In this document: positions 28,301-37,735 of the stretch, one piece after another | Layout: the number at the start of each line of letters is the position of its first letter | How positions within the stretch are numbered: position 1 is the first letter of the stretch | Assembly: GCA_022601195.1 (NCBI GenBank) | Contig: JAHZIX010000041.1 | Coordinates: 102,668 to 166,667, forward strand | Source: Deltaproteobacteria bacterium | GTDB lineage: Bacteria > Acidobacteriota > Thermoanaerobaculia > Multivoradales > JAHZIX01 | DNA length: 64,000 nt | Reading direction: 5' to 3' | Program-made: the position numbers and the translations under genes | Notes under the pieces: model-generated | Told to the model about the DNA's origin: nothing | The model's database searches: none | What the model saw: the letters and a program-made list of their open reading frames with translations, nothing else

Positions 28301-28990
28301 TCATTGCTTGAGGCGGCGCCCCTCGATGGTCTCGACATCGATGGACATACCAGCTCCCCAAATCCCGTTGCCGTTGGAACACATGAAGCTGCCACCGGCA
28401 AGAGGTGGTAACACCCAATCGCTACAGATTTCCGAGGTGTAAACCGAGGTGACATCCAACTCTTTGTCGCTCTGAAGGATCAGAAAGCCAATCATTGGGG
28501 GTGGAGGAGTCGGAGGCACGAAGCCGAGAGCCAACTGATACAGCCGGTTGCAGTTGTCCATGGTAGCGGCGCAGCTGGGAAGTTCGATGAAATCGACCGT
28601 GTCCGCTTTCTGGTACTCCGGCTCTCGTCCCCGGTTGTCGCTTTTGTAGTCCAACACGACAATCTTCTTGCGAATGTTGGCGACATCTCCTTCGATCAAC
28701 CCAGGATTGAAAATGTTGATGTCCGTGGCGTAGTTGCCCAGCTTCAGGGTTGCCTCGCCCTGGTACTGATCACCGTCCGGTGAAAGCTCCCCATTGACGG
28801 GTTGGAAACCACAAACGAATTTCACCGCATAACTGTAGGTGAAACCTTCAGCATCTGCTGGTGCACGAGCGGGGATGGGCTTGTCTTCCGGAGTGGTGAC
28901 CTTTTGGTCAATGACCACGGGTCCGGCTCCCATCAACAGGACCAAGGCGGCTGTAGCAAGAGTGGAGAGAACAACTGTGCGAAACATCAA
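28301..28990 (-). CDS. secreted hypothetical protein
   Basis: 229 aa with signal peptide MMFRTVVLSTLATAALVLLMGAGP, several Cys residues and a PPTPPPP linker. Followed by an intrinsic terminator. Confidence 0.55.
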   Translation of the reverse strand: MMFRTVVLSTLATAALVLLMGAGPVVIDQKVTTPEDKPIPARAPADAEGFTYSYAVKFVCGFQPVNGELSPDGDQYQGEATLKLGNYATDINIFNPGLIEGDVANIRKKIVVLDYKSDNRGREPEYQKADTVDFIELPSCAATMDNCNRLYQLALGFVPPTPPPPMIGFLILQSDKELDVTSVYTSEICSDWVLPPLAGGSFMCSNGNGIWGAGMSIDVETIEGRRLKQ

Positions 28991-29232
28991 TACTCCTCCT
29001 TCCTAAACGGTAAAAGAAGCGCTCCAAGGCGCTACCCATTAAGGAGTAACCATTTGCGCAATTTAACCCCCAAGGAGATTGCCGAGGAGCGATTGCCAAG
29101 AATCGGAAGGGGAACGAGCCGGCAAAACCCATCGGCCGACCCGATGGCAAGCCGCGGGCCAGGAACTCTATCGATGGAGAATTTCACAGAAGGCTAGAGC
29201 AAGAGAGGCCCCACCCACAGGCCGAATAAGTG

Positions 29233-30408
29233 TCACCCCGGCAATGCAGGCAGCTCGAAAGCCAGGGCCAAGGAATCCGCCACGGCGAGCCCAGCCAAAG
29301 TCGGCTTCAAACGGCCCTTGGAGGCCGAGACCAAACCTTCCGCCAAGAGACGCTCGATCACGGCTTCGTTGCCCTCTAAGAGGCTCACTTCGTATTCCTT
29401 CTCCATAGCCGCGAAGTCGATTCCTTCATAGGTACGAAAGCCCAACATGAGAGCTTCCAGCGCTAAATCTCTTGGGCTCAACCCCTCACTGCCTCCCTCC
29501 GGGAGCACCCTTTGGGCCAGTTTTGTCTCGTAGGAGCCCAGCTTGCGCACATTCCAGGAGCGACGTGATGAAACGAAGGAGTGCGCTGAAGGGCCTAAAC
29601 CCAGATAAGGCGTATGGTTCCAGTACTTTCTATTGTGCTTACTCTGATGCGTGGGATCACGCGCAAAGCTCGAAACCTCGTAGCCAGGAAGACCTTTGTC
29701 CCGCAGGAGAGAGTGGGTCAGCCGGAACAAATCGGCTTGCGAATCCTGGTCCATTTCGCGGAGCTGTCCACGAGCAGCCCGGAATCCGAAAGGGGTGCCC
29801 TGATGAATGGTCAACTGGTAACAGGAGAGGTGGTCGACTCCCGTTGCCGCCGCAGTTTCCAGGTCGCGGCGCCAATCTTCCAGAACCTGGCCTGGCCAAC
29901 CATAGATCAGATCCAACGAAACGGTCGAAAAGCCCGTTTGTCGGGCAATTTCAACACTCTTACGGGCCTGGTCCGGGTCGTGGCGGCGACCGAGATATTG
30001 CAGAGCGGTCGAGTTGAAACTCTGAATCCCCAGGCTCAAAGTCTCGACCCCGGCTCGCTTCCAGGCCAGGGCCGAGTCGGCAGTGACATCCTCAGGATTC
30101 GCCTCGAAGAAAAGCCGAGCTCGAGGCTCGATAGTAAAACGTTCCCCGGCAGCGGCCAGGATGCGAACCAAATCTTCTGGCTCCAGCGCCGATGGCGTTC
30201 CCCCACCGAAGTAGACGGTGTCAAAGGACCAGCCATCACTTTCCTGAAGAGCCATTTCCGTCAGGAGCGAGGCAATAAAACTCTGGCGACGCTTGGGGCC
30301 TCCCAGCAGCACAGAAAAATCACAGTAGGGGCAAATGGCCGAGCAGAAAGGAATGTGCAGGTACAACCCAGCCTGCCCTCTACTTCGGCTAGACACAATG
30401 GAAGACAT
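29233..30408 (-). CDS. hemW: radical SAM family haem chaperone HemW (HemN-like, oxygen-independent coproporphyrinogen oxidase family)
   Basis: LYLHIPFCSAICPYCDF radical-SAM CxxxCxxC motif near the N-terminus. 391 aa is typical of HemW. Confidence 0.85.
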   Translation of the reverse strand: MSSIVSSRSRGQAGLYLHIPFCSAICPYCDFSVLLGGPKRRQSFIASLLTEMALQESDGWSFDTVYFGGGTPSALEPEDLVRILAAAGERFTIEPRARLFFEANPEDVTADSALAWKRAGVETLSLGIQSFNSTALQYLGRRHDPDQARKSVEIARQTGFSTVSLDLIYGWPGQVLEDWRRDLETAAATGVDHLSCYQLTIHQGTPFGFRAARGQLREMDQDSQADLFRLTHSLLRDKGLPGYEVSSFARDPTHQSKHNRKYWNHTPYLGLGPSAHSFVSSRRSWNVRKLGSYETKLAQRVLPEGGSEGLSPRDLALEALMLGFRTYEGIDFAAMEKEYEVSLLEGNEAVIERLLAEGLVSASKGRLKPTLAGLAVADSLALAFELPALPG

Positions 30409-30479
30409 CTGCGCTCTTATAGAAGTAAATCAAGGCTGGTGTATCCTCTAAAGCAATCCCACAACTTTTGAGCGGAATT

Positions 30480-31667
30480 ATGGCTTTGTCTCCTAACCTA
30501 CTCACTTGGTCCCTAGGCGTTCAACTCGGCGCCGTGGTCTTGATTGCTCTTTTCTTCGCGATTCTGTCGCGCTCGGTACATCTTAGCGAGGTTCGTTTGT
30601 GGACTCTTGCTTGGTTCTCGGAAGTCATCGCCGTCGGAGCCGGCTTCCTGACCGTCTCCGGCTGGCTTCCTTCAGCAGTCTCGGAAGGTCCAAGGGAAAT
30701 CGTCAGTACTCTCTTTCTGGCGATCTTCATCGGCGGCAAGCTCCTTTTCGCCACTTTCTTCATTGTCGGCACCCGGAGCCATTTTCGCCCAGGCTTCGTT
30801 GGCGGCCTTGGAACCAAAAGCCTCATCGCGGTCTGCCTCTCCGCGGGGCTGCTGTTGGCTTTTCTTGCGCCGACGCCGATCTTCGTACTTCCCATCGTCT
30901 GGTCTTTGGTTGGTCCATTGTTATTTCTAGGCGGCTGGTGGGCTCTCCATGGGATGGAAGGACGAGCCCGCTGGCTCGGCTGGGTACTACTGGGGGAGGG
31001 CATACTGTTTTTCTCCTATGTACCCCAGTTGCTGCCGGTCATTTGGGGAGATCCTCCCCTGACCGCAATCTCCGATTTCTCATCCCTCATCGACGCCGGT
31101 GCGGACGTCCTCCTCGCCTTGGCAACCTTAGTCGCCTTGGAGAGCTCCCGATCCAGTCATCTCCAGCGTCTCAACGATGACCTCTACGCCTCCTACGAAC
31201 GAGTTCGGCAGCTGGTGGACAACGATCCCCTTACCGGTCTCAGGAACCGACGAGCCCTCAGGCAAGTGTTGGATCGAGCTCAACAGACCGGTGGCTCCCT
31301 CATCTTTCTTGACATCGACGGTTTCAAAACCATCAACGATCGCCAAGGCCATGCGGTCGGCGACGCTTGCCTCATTCGACTCGCCGCCGTCTTGGCCGAG
31401 TCGTTCCGGCCGGAAGACAGTCTGGTGCGCTGGGGAGGGGATGAGTTCTTGGTGGTGGCTCAGGGAATGAGCCTGAAAGCCGCTGATGAGAGGATTCGGG
31501 CGGTTCGGGCCGCCCTACGGGAAGTCCTAGAAGGCGTCCCCCCCGTGAGCCTCTCGGTAGGAGCCGCCTTTCTACAGCCCGGAGACGAGCCTTCAGAAGC
31601 GCTCAAGCTTGCCGACCAGAAAATGTACTCCGACAAGAGACGCCTAGCCGCCAGCCTGCGCGTCTGA
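30480..31667 (+). CDS. membrane-anchored diguanylate cyclase (GGDEF domain)
   Basis: N-terminal ~230 aa is polytopic membrane. C-terminal GGDEF domain: LTGLRNRRAL...FLDIDGFKTINDRQGHAVGD...RWGGDEFLV. The ORF track starts at TTG 30468; ATG 30480 preferred. Confidence 0.85.
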   Translation: MALSPNLLTWSLGVQLGAVVLIALFFAILSRSVHLSEVRLWTLAWFSEVIAVGAGFLTVSGWLPSAVSEGPREIVSTLFLAIFIGGKLLFATFFIVGTRSHFRPGFVGGLGTKSLIAVCLSAGLLLAFLAPTPIFVLPIVWSLVGPLLFLGGWWALHGMEGRARWLGWVLLGEGILFFSYVPQLLPVIWGDPPLTAISDFSSLIDAGADVLLALATLVALESSRSSHLQRLNDDLYASYERVRQLVDNDPLTGLRNRRALRQVLDRAQQTGGSLIFLDIDGFKTINDRQGHAVGDACLIRLAAVLAESFRPEDSLVRWGGDEFLVVAQGMSLKAADERIRAVRAALREVLEGVPPVSLSVGAAFLQPGDEPSEALKLADQKMYSDKRRLAASLRV

Positions 31668-31708
31668 TCTACTCGGTTCTTCCAGCGCTCAGCTCCTCAG
31701 ACACTCCG

Positions 31709-31981
31709 TCAGACGATGATCGCCCACCCGAGACTGCAAAGGCCGGCGATGAGTAGAAAAGGCAAAGCGATGGCGAAGACCGTCGCGAGTACCGGCGCTG
31801 CAACCACAGCCAGGACGACCAGGACGGTCACCAGAACGAACTTAAAAAGTCCTGCCACCAGGACTACAGGAACCAAGACGAGCTTGAAGGCCAGCTTGAA
31901 GATGAGAAGCAATACCGCGAAGACGGCGAGGAGCGCGGCTCCCGCGACCAGAATCCCAAAGAGTCCCAACATCTCGACCAT
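31709..31981 (-). CDS. small hydrophobic membrane protein (hypothetical)
   Basis: 90 aa, almost entirely hydrophobic (LVLVPVVLVAGLFKFVLVTVLVVLAVVAAPVLATV). Could be non-coding. Confidence 0.3.
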   Translation of the reverse strand: MVEMLGLFGILVAGAALLAVFAVLLLIFKLAFKLVLVPVVLVAGLFKFVLVTVLVVLAVVAAPVLATVFAIALPFLLIAGLCSLGWAIIV

Positions 31982-32042
31982 GAAAACACCTCCTGCGGCT
32001 CCCTACGGGACCGATCACTGAGAGGTTTCGACAAGATAGGGA

Positions 32043-33842
32043 CTAGGAGGCTTTGTCGGTCTTGAGGACGGCGATAAACGCACTCTGGGGGATTTCGATA
32101 TTTCCCACCATCTTCATGCGCTTCTTGCCTTCCTTCTGCTTTTCCAACAGCTTGCGCTTCCGAGTGATGTCGCCACCGTAGCACTTGGCCGTGACATCTT
32201 TGCGGAAGGCATTGATGGTGGAGCGGGCGATGATATTGCCCCCGATGGCTCCCTGAATAGCAATTCTGTACTGCTGCCGTGGAATGGTATCTGCCAGCCT
32301 CTCGCAGTAGTGCAAACCGCGCTGGCGCGCTTTTTCCCGGTGAACGAGTTGAGCCAGGGCATCCACGGGTTCTCCGTTGACCAGGATGTCCACCTTCACC
32401 AAGTCGGTCAGGCGGTAGTTCAGAACCTCATAGTCGAAGGAACCATAGCCCTGGGTCACGGACTTGAGACGGTCATAGAAGTCAAATAGGACCTCCGCCA
32501 AAGGCAGCTCCGAGGTCAACTCCACCCGCCCCACCGCCAGGTAGGAGAAAGTTGTGTTTTCTCCCCTGCGCTCTCGACACAATTCCATAATGGCGCCCAC
32601 GTAGCGTTCCGGAATCATGACGGACGCCTTGATGTAAGGCTCTTCCGCGGTTTCGATGTTGCCCGGGTCCGGTAGCAAGCTCGGGTTGTCGACGGTCAGG
32701 GCTTCGCCGTTCTTGAGCACCAACTCATAGCGTACGGAAGGCGCCGAAAGCAGCAGCGCGAGGTCGTACTCCCGCTTCAATCTTTCCTGAACGACATCCA
32801 GATGAAGGAGTCCGAGGAAACCACATCGATAGCCAAAACCCAGCGCCGCCGAGGAGTCCTTCTCGAAGGTCAAGGCTGCATCGTTGAGGACCAATTTATC
32901 CAGCGCCTTGCCGAGATCCCCATAGTCCGAAGTGGAGAGGGGGTAGATCGATGCAAAGACCACCGGCTTCGCCTCTTTGTAGCCGGGAAGTGGCTCCGGG
33001 GCCGGCCGATCGACCTCCGTGAGGGTGTCACCAATATTGATCTCCCGCACCGCTTTGATGCCGGCGATGACATAGCCGACATCCCCTGCCCGGAGCTCCT
33101 TCTGCTTCACTCTCTTGAGTTGAAGCAGTCCGACCTCTTCGATGTCGTAATCCTTGGCGGTATGCATGAGCCGCCCCGCCGTTCCCGTGCGAAGGACACC
33201 CTCTTTGATCCTCACCAGGAGGACGACGCCCCGATAAGGATCGTAGTCCGCATCGAAGATCAGAGCTTGCAGAGGAGCTTCCGGGTCTCCTTTGGGAGCG
33301 GGCAGCTTATGGACAATCGCCTCCAGAACATCGTCGATGCCGATGCCCGCCTTCGCCGAGCAGGGAATCGCTTCGAAGGGGTCTAACCCCAGGTCTGCAT
33401 CGATCTCTTCCTGCACCCGCTCCACGTCTGCCGAGGGCAAATCAATCTTGTTGATGACGGGAATGATCTCCAGGTCGTACTCGAGAGCCAGGTAGAGGTT
33501 AGCAACCGTCTGGGCCTCCACTCCTTGGGACGCATCGACGATCAACAGGGCTCCTTCGCAGGACATCAAGGAGCGTCGGACCTCGTGGGAGAAATCTACG
33601 TGACCCGGGGTGTCGATGAGGTTGAGCTTATAGGTCTCGCCATCTTTGGCGGTGTAGGAGAGGCTCACCGTATTGCTCTTGATGGTGATCCCACGCTCTC
33701 GCTCGATATCCATGGAATCGAGGATCTGATCCCGAAACTCCCGATCCTCTACCCCTCCACAACGTTGGATCAGCCGATCTGCCAGGGTGGACTTGCCGTG
33801 ATCGATATGAGCGATGATGCAGAAGTTACGAACATTTTCCAA
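32043..33842 (-). CDS. lepA: translation elongation factor 4
   Basis: NFCIIAHIDHGKSTLADRL G1 motif, DTPGHVDF G3 motif and the LepA C-terminal domain. Start re-set to TTG at 33842 (MENVRNFCIIAHIDHGKST aligns with the E. coli LepA N-terminus; GGAGA upstream). The ORF-track ATG at 33941 would add 33 non-conserved residues. Confidence 0.9.
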   Translation of the reverse strand: MENVRNFCIIAHIDHGKSTLADRLIQRCGGVEDREFRDQILDSMDIERERGITIKSNTVSLSYTAKDGETYKLNLIDTPGHVDFSHEVRRSLMSCEGALLIVDASQGVEAQTVANLYLALEYDLEIIPVINKIDLPSADVERVQEEIDADLGLDPFEAIPCSAKAGIGIDDVLEAIVHKLPAPKGDPEAPLQALIFDADYDPYRGVVLLVRIKEGVLRTGTAGRLMHTAKDYDIEEVGLLQLKRVKQKELRAGDVGYVIAGIKAVREINIGDTLTEVDRPAPEPLPGYKEAKPVVFASIYPLSTSDYGDLGKALDKLVLNDAALTFEKDSSAALGFGYRCGFLGLLHLDVVQERLKREYDLALLLSAPSVRYELVLKNGEALTVDNPSLLPDPGNIETAEEPYIKASVMIPERYVGAIMELCRERRGENTTFSYLAVGRVELTSELPLAEVLFDFYDRLKSVTQGYGSFDYEVLNYRLTDLVKVDILVNGEPVDALAQLVHREKARQRGLHYCERLADTIPRQQYRIAIQGAIGGNIIARSTINAFRKDVTAKCYGGDITRKRKLLEKQKEGKKRMKMVGNIEIPQSAFIAVLKTDKAS

Positions 33843-34048
33843 AACACTAAATCTCCGGGGTGCACCGGCTGAAATAGCCGATAGGAACGGCAATCCTACC
33901 GCTTTCGGGGGTGGGGAATAAAGAGCGGCGGAAAACAGCAACGAGCCCTATTCTGAATCGATGACCGTCGAAGCCACCAGAGCCTTTCAGAATAGGGCTC
34001 TCCCAAAAACACCTGGGAGCCTGCCTTGGGCGCTCCTACCGGACTCCG

Positions 34049-34783
34049 CTACCCGGCTCCACCGTCCGTAAAGACTCGCACCGTTAGGCGTTCCCAGTCT
34101 TCGTCGGAGCCCTCGAAGGCGATGGCCTTGGTAACCCCTTCCAGCTCGAGGGTGGTGATGCGCCCATCCGATGTAAAGCCGCGAGCCTCTTCCTCGAAAC
34201 CTTGTTGAGTCAGCTCACCGCCTTGGCTCATCAGGAAACCGTGCCACACCGTATTGCTTGGCGTTGGTTCGATTTCTTCGTCCGTTGGTTCGGCGCTATC
34301 CAGGTAGAGAAATACATCCAGCCGACTGAAGGAAGAATCCACTGTGGCAGACATATAGACACGATCCAAGTGCACGAGGACCGAGCGGGAAACCTCGTCG
34401 AATTCGACTCGGCTTTCGACCTCATGATCCCCCTTGGAAGCCACGTCCGGCTCTTCGGCCCCTGGCACGGGCTCGCCGTAACGGCCCCAACCGGAACGGT
34501 AGCCTCCGGTTTGGCAACCGGCAGAGCTATTGCGGGCCCAGGCATTCGATTGACCGTGAATACAAGTCTTGGGGCCACAGCTGGTCACCGCAACACCGCA
34601 ACTGGAAGAGCGGCTGGAGCACAGGGTCGACAGGGGCCAGCAACCGGCGCTCGCCTTGGCAACGAACTCCGCCCGCCACCACCGGCAACGGTTACGGGTG
34701 TCACAGGAAGAGTCCGCCGTGGCCTCGAAAGCAGCGACGAAGAAGCAGGCCGCTCCAAGAGCGGCGAGGAAACATCTACGCAT
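34049..34783 (-). CDS. secreted Cys-rich hypothetical protein
   Basis: 244 aa with signal peptide MRRCFLAALGAACFFVAAFEATA, a Cys-rich N-half and an acidic C-half. Confidence 0.5.
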   Translation of the reverse strand: MRRCFLAALGAACFFVAAFEATADSSCDTRNRCRWWRAEFVAKASAGCWPLSTLCSSRSSSCGVAVTSCGPKTCIHGQSNAWARNSSAGCQTGGYRSGWGRYGEPVPGAEEPDVASKGDHEVESRVEFDEVSRSVLVHLDRVYMSATVDSSFSRLDVFLYLDSAEPTDEEIEPTPSNTVWHGFLMSQGGELTQQGFEEEARGFTSDGRITTLELEGVTKAIAFEGSDEDWERLTVRVFTDGGAG

Positions 34784-34900
34784 GATGAAGACTCCTTTCG
34801 CTCCAGATCTAGGAGCGAGCAGTTGGCGTTGACCGATACCTCATGGGTCGGTATTGGTAACGCGCATCCGCGGCTCATCTGGGCTCAGGAATCTACAAAA

Positions 34901-36556
34901 TCACGCCATCCCCACCACTTCCCCATCGACCAAATCCATATGCTCTGCTTGAGGAACCTTGGGTAGGCCGGGCATGCGCATGATGTCGCCGGTCAAGGGA
35001 ACGACGAAACCGGCACCAGCGGAAATCAGTAGGCCCCGCACCGTGGTTTCGAAACCTTCGGGGCGGCCCACGGCTTTGGGGTCGTCGGAGAAGGACATCT
35101 GGGTTTTGGCGACGCACAGAGGCAAGCCCTCGTAGCCCAATCGACGGATCAACTTGAGATCCTTCTCCGCTGCGGAGGTCCAGGCGACACCGGAGGCACC
35201 ATAGATGTTACGAGCTAGCTTCTCCATTTTCGTAGGAATAGGCTCGGACCAATCGTAGACGGGACGGATCGGCGTCGCTTCTGCTTCCGCGTTGGCGACC
35301 ACTTGCTCAGCGAGCTCGGTGGCTCCGTCGCCCCCCCGGGCAAAACCATCGCAGACCGCGAAAGCGAGGCCCATCTCGGCAGCGGCTCGGCGCACGATGT
35401 CAACTTCGTCATCGGGATCGCCGGCAAAACGGTTTAGGGCGATGATGGGCTTCTTGCCAAATTGCTGGATGTTTTCTGCATGCTTGCGAAGGTTGGCCAA
35501 GCCGGCTTCCACCGCAGCGGGATTCGGCTGCGTGTAGCCCTTCTTCCCCACTCCGCCATGGCGTTTGAGGGCGCGAATGGTAGCGACGAGGACCACCGCT
35601 GCTGGGCTCAAACCTGCACCAACGCACTTGATGTCCATGAACTTCTCGCCACCGAGATCGAAGCCAAAGCCGGCTTCCGTGACGGTCCAGTCAGCATGAG
35701 CCATGGCCATCTTGGTGGCGATGACGGAGTTACAGCCGTGGGCGATGTTGCCGAAAGGACCCCCGTGAATGAAAGCCGGCACCCCTTCCAAGGTCTGGAC
35801 AAGATTTGGATTTACGGCGTCCTTGAGAAGCACCATCAGTGATCCTACGACCTTGAGGTCGTCTACCGTCACCGGCTGGCGATCGTGGGTGAGGGCGACG
35901 AGAATACGCCCCAGGCGGCGGCGCAAATCCTCCACATCCTCAGACAGACACAACGCCGCCATGATCTCCGAGGCAGGGGTGATATCGAAACCGGTTTCCC
36001 GGGGCACACCCTGAAGCGGGCCACCGAGACCGATCAGAGTGTTGCGCAGGGCACGGTCGTTGAGATCCACCACTCGTCGCCACAAAATCCTTCTGGGGTC
36101 GATACCCAACTTATTGCCATGCTGAAGGTGGTTGTCCAACATCGCCGCGAGGTGATTGTTGGCCGTTGAAATGGCGTGAAAGTCGCCGGTGAAATGTAGA
36201 TTGATGTCTACCAGCGGCACCACGCTGGCCAAACCTCCTCCGGTCGCTCCGCCTTTCATGCCGAAGGTCGGTCCCAAGGACGGCTCCCGCAGTGCCAAGC
36301 AGACTTGCTGGCCAATCTTTGCCATGCCTTGAGCCAAACCGATGGAGGTGGTGGTCTTGCCCTCCCCTGCAGTCGTGGGAGTGAGGGCCGTCACCAAGAC
36401 CAAACGACCGGGGGCACGGCCGCTATCCCGTGCGTGGCCCCGGGCAGCGAGTCGCACCTTAGCCTTGTCGTCGCCATAGAGCACGAGGTTGGAGCGGGAG
36501 ACCCCGAGAGCAGATGCGACATCGGAGATGGGGGCCAGGGGCCTTGAAGCGGTCAT
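34901..36556 (-). CDS. fhs: formate--tetrahydrofolate ligase
   Basis: PTPAGEGKTTTSIGL-type P-loop (TALTPTTAGEGKTTTSIGLAQG) and overall FTHFS architecture. Start re-set to ATG 36556 (MTASRPLAPISD...), preceded by RBS GGAGGAG. Confidence 0.9.
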   Translation of the reverse strand: MTASRPLAPISDVASALGVSRSNLVLYGDDKAKVRLAARGHARDSGRAPGRLVLVTALTPTTAGEGKTTTSIGLAQGMAKIGQQVCLALREPSLGPTFGMKGGATGGGLASVVPLVDINLHFTGDFHAISTANNHLAAMLDNHLQHGNKLGIDPRRILWRRVVDLNDRALRNTLIGLGGPLQGVPRETGFDITPASEIMAALCLSEDVEDLRRRLGRILVALTHDRQPVTVDDLKVVGSLMVLLKDAVNPNLVQTLEGVPAFIHGGPFGNIAHGCNSVIATKMAMAHADWTVTEAGFGFDLGGEKFMDIKCVGAGLSPAAVVLVATIRALKRHGGVGKKGYTQPNPAAVEAGLANLRKHAENIQQFGKKPIIALNRFAGDPDDEVDIVRRAAAEMGLAFAVCDGFARGGDGATELAEQVVANAEAEATPIRPVYDWSEPIPTKMEKLARNIYGASGVAWTSAAEKDLKLIRRLGYEGLPLCVAKTQMSFSDDPKAVGRPEGFETTVRGLLISAGAGFVVPLTGDIMRMPGLPKVPQAEHMDLVDGEVVGMA

Positions 36557-36749
36557 AAAACACTCCTCCAGAAGATATCGGCCGGATGAAAGGACAACAC
36601 CAAGCGAATCATTGATTCGGGAGATCCTAACGCACTCCATCCTGACCCGCACAGGGGTCCTCGGAAGCCCCCTCCACACCGAACCCCGATGGTAGAATCA
36701 ACTCGCTTGTTTGTCTTTTCATAGGAGCCCCAAAGCCACCGAACCCTTC

Positions 36750-36817
36750 GGACCACTGAGTCTTCTGGACCACTGAGTCTTCTGGACCACTGAGTCTCTC
36801 GGACCACAGTAGCTTTC
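36750..36817. repeat. 17-bp direct repeat (ggaccactgagtcttct) x4, progressively degenerate, in divergent fhs/ZIP promoter region
   Basis: Head-to-tail copies at 36750, 36767, 36784 and 36801. Confidence 0.8.
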
Positions 36818-36850
36818 GGGCCGCAGAAGCCTAGAGGAGGTCTAGCCACC

Positions 36851-37639
36851 TTGTCCTCTACTCCGATTCTCTCCCTTCTGGTCGCCGCCAGCGTCGCAGC
36901 TCTGGCCACCACCTTGGGAACGATCCCCCTCTCTTTCGACTTGAAAGCAAAGAGGAGAGCCCTTTCAGCGGCGTACTCTGTCGCTGCGGGCATCATGATT
37001 GGCGCTGGCTATCTACTCACCCTCGCAGGCCTGGAGAGCCGTCCGTCGGCCTGTATTCTCGGCGCCGTATTGGGGTCCACCTATTCCTTCTGGCTGCGCC
37101 GAGTCACAGGCTCGAAGAAATTCGACGATAACGATTTGGAGTCGATCCCTGTTGAACCGAAGGAGGTCGACCGCTTCCTGCTACAGAGCAGCTTCCACTC
37201 TGCTGCCGAGGGAGCTGCCATTGGAGCGGCGGCGGCGGTGGCTCTCCCCCTTGGCCTGTTCCTGGCAGCTGCCCTGGCGGTGCACAATATCGGTGAAGGC
37301 ATGGTTCTGACCCATCGCCTCTATTCACCGCAAGCCACCAGCTCCCACCCAAATGCCGTTCCTGCACCTCTTCTCTGGCCAACGAGCTTGCCGCCAGCGG
37401 CTTTGGTCGTTGTCACCAAACTGCCTCAGATCGTCCTGGCGATGGGCACCTATTTTCTGATTCAGGTTTGGCCCGAATTCCTTCCTCTCGCCTTGGGTTT
37501 CACCGCTGGGGCCCTGTTTTTCCTAACCCTTACGGATCTGACCCCTTTTGCCTACGGCCAGGGCCGTCGGGAGTGGGTCGCGCTGCTGTGTAGCGCAGCG
37601 GCGGCTCTGGTCGTTCTGGGCCAGAGTTTCTTTCTCTGA
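36851..37639 (+). CDS. ZIP family metal (zinc/iron) transporter
   Basis: TTG start with GAGGAGG RBS. 8 TM segments and the ZIP signature AVHNIGEGMVL. Confidence 0.8.
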   Translation: MSSTPILSLLVAASVAALATTLGTIPLSFDLKAKRRALSAAYSVAAGIMIGAGYLLTLAGLESRPSACILGAVLGSTYSFWLRRVTGSKKFDDNDLESIPVEPKEVDRFLLQSSFHSAAEGAAIGAAAAVALPLGLFLAAALAVHNIGEGMVLTHRLYSPQATSSHPNAVPAPLLWPTSLPPAALVVVTKLPQIVLAMGTYFLIQVWPEFLPLALGFTAGALFFLTLTDLTPFAYGQGRREWVALLCSAAAALVVLGQSFFL

Positions 37640-37735
37640 GAGACCGATGGTTGACCTCTCGATAACCTGGAAATACCAGAAACTCTCGAAGGGTCATCGG
37701 GAAATCCTGTTTCCGGCGCACCCCGGCAGGCCGCT

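Noticed and set aside
33845-33941. Upstream ATG start for lepA (ORF-track start 33941)
   Set aside because: Adds 33 residues (MLFSAALYSPPPKAVGLPFLSAISAGAPRRFSV) absent from LepA proteins. A TTG at 33842 with GGAGA upstream reproduces the canonical N-terminus.
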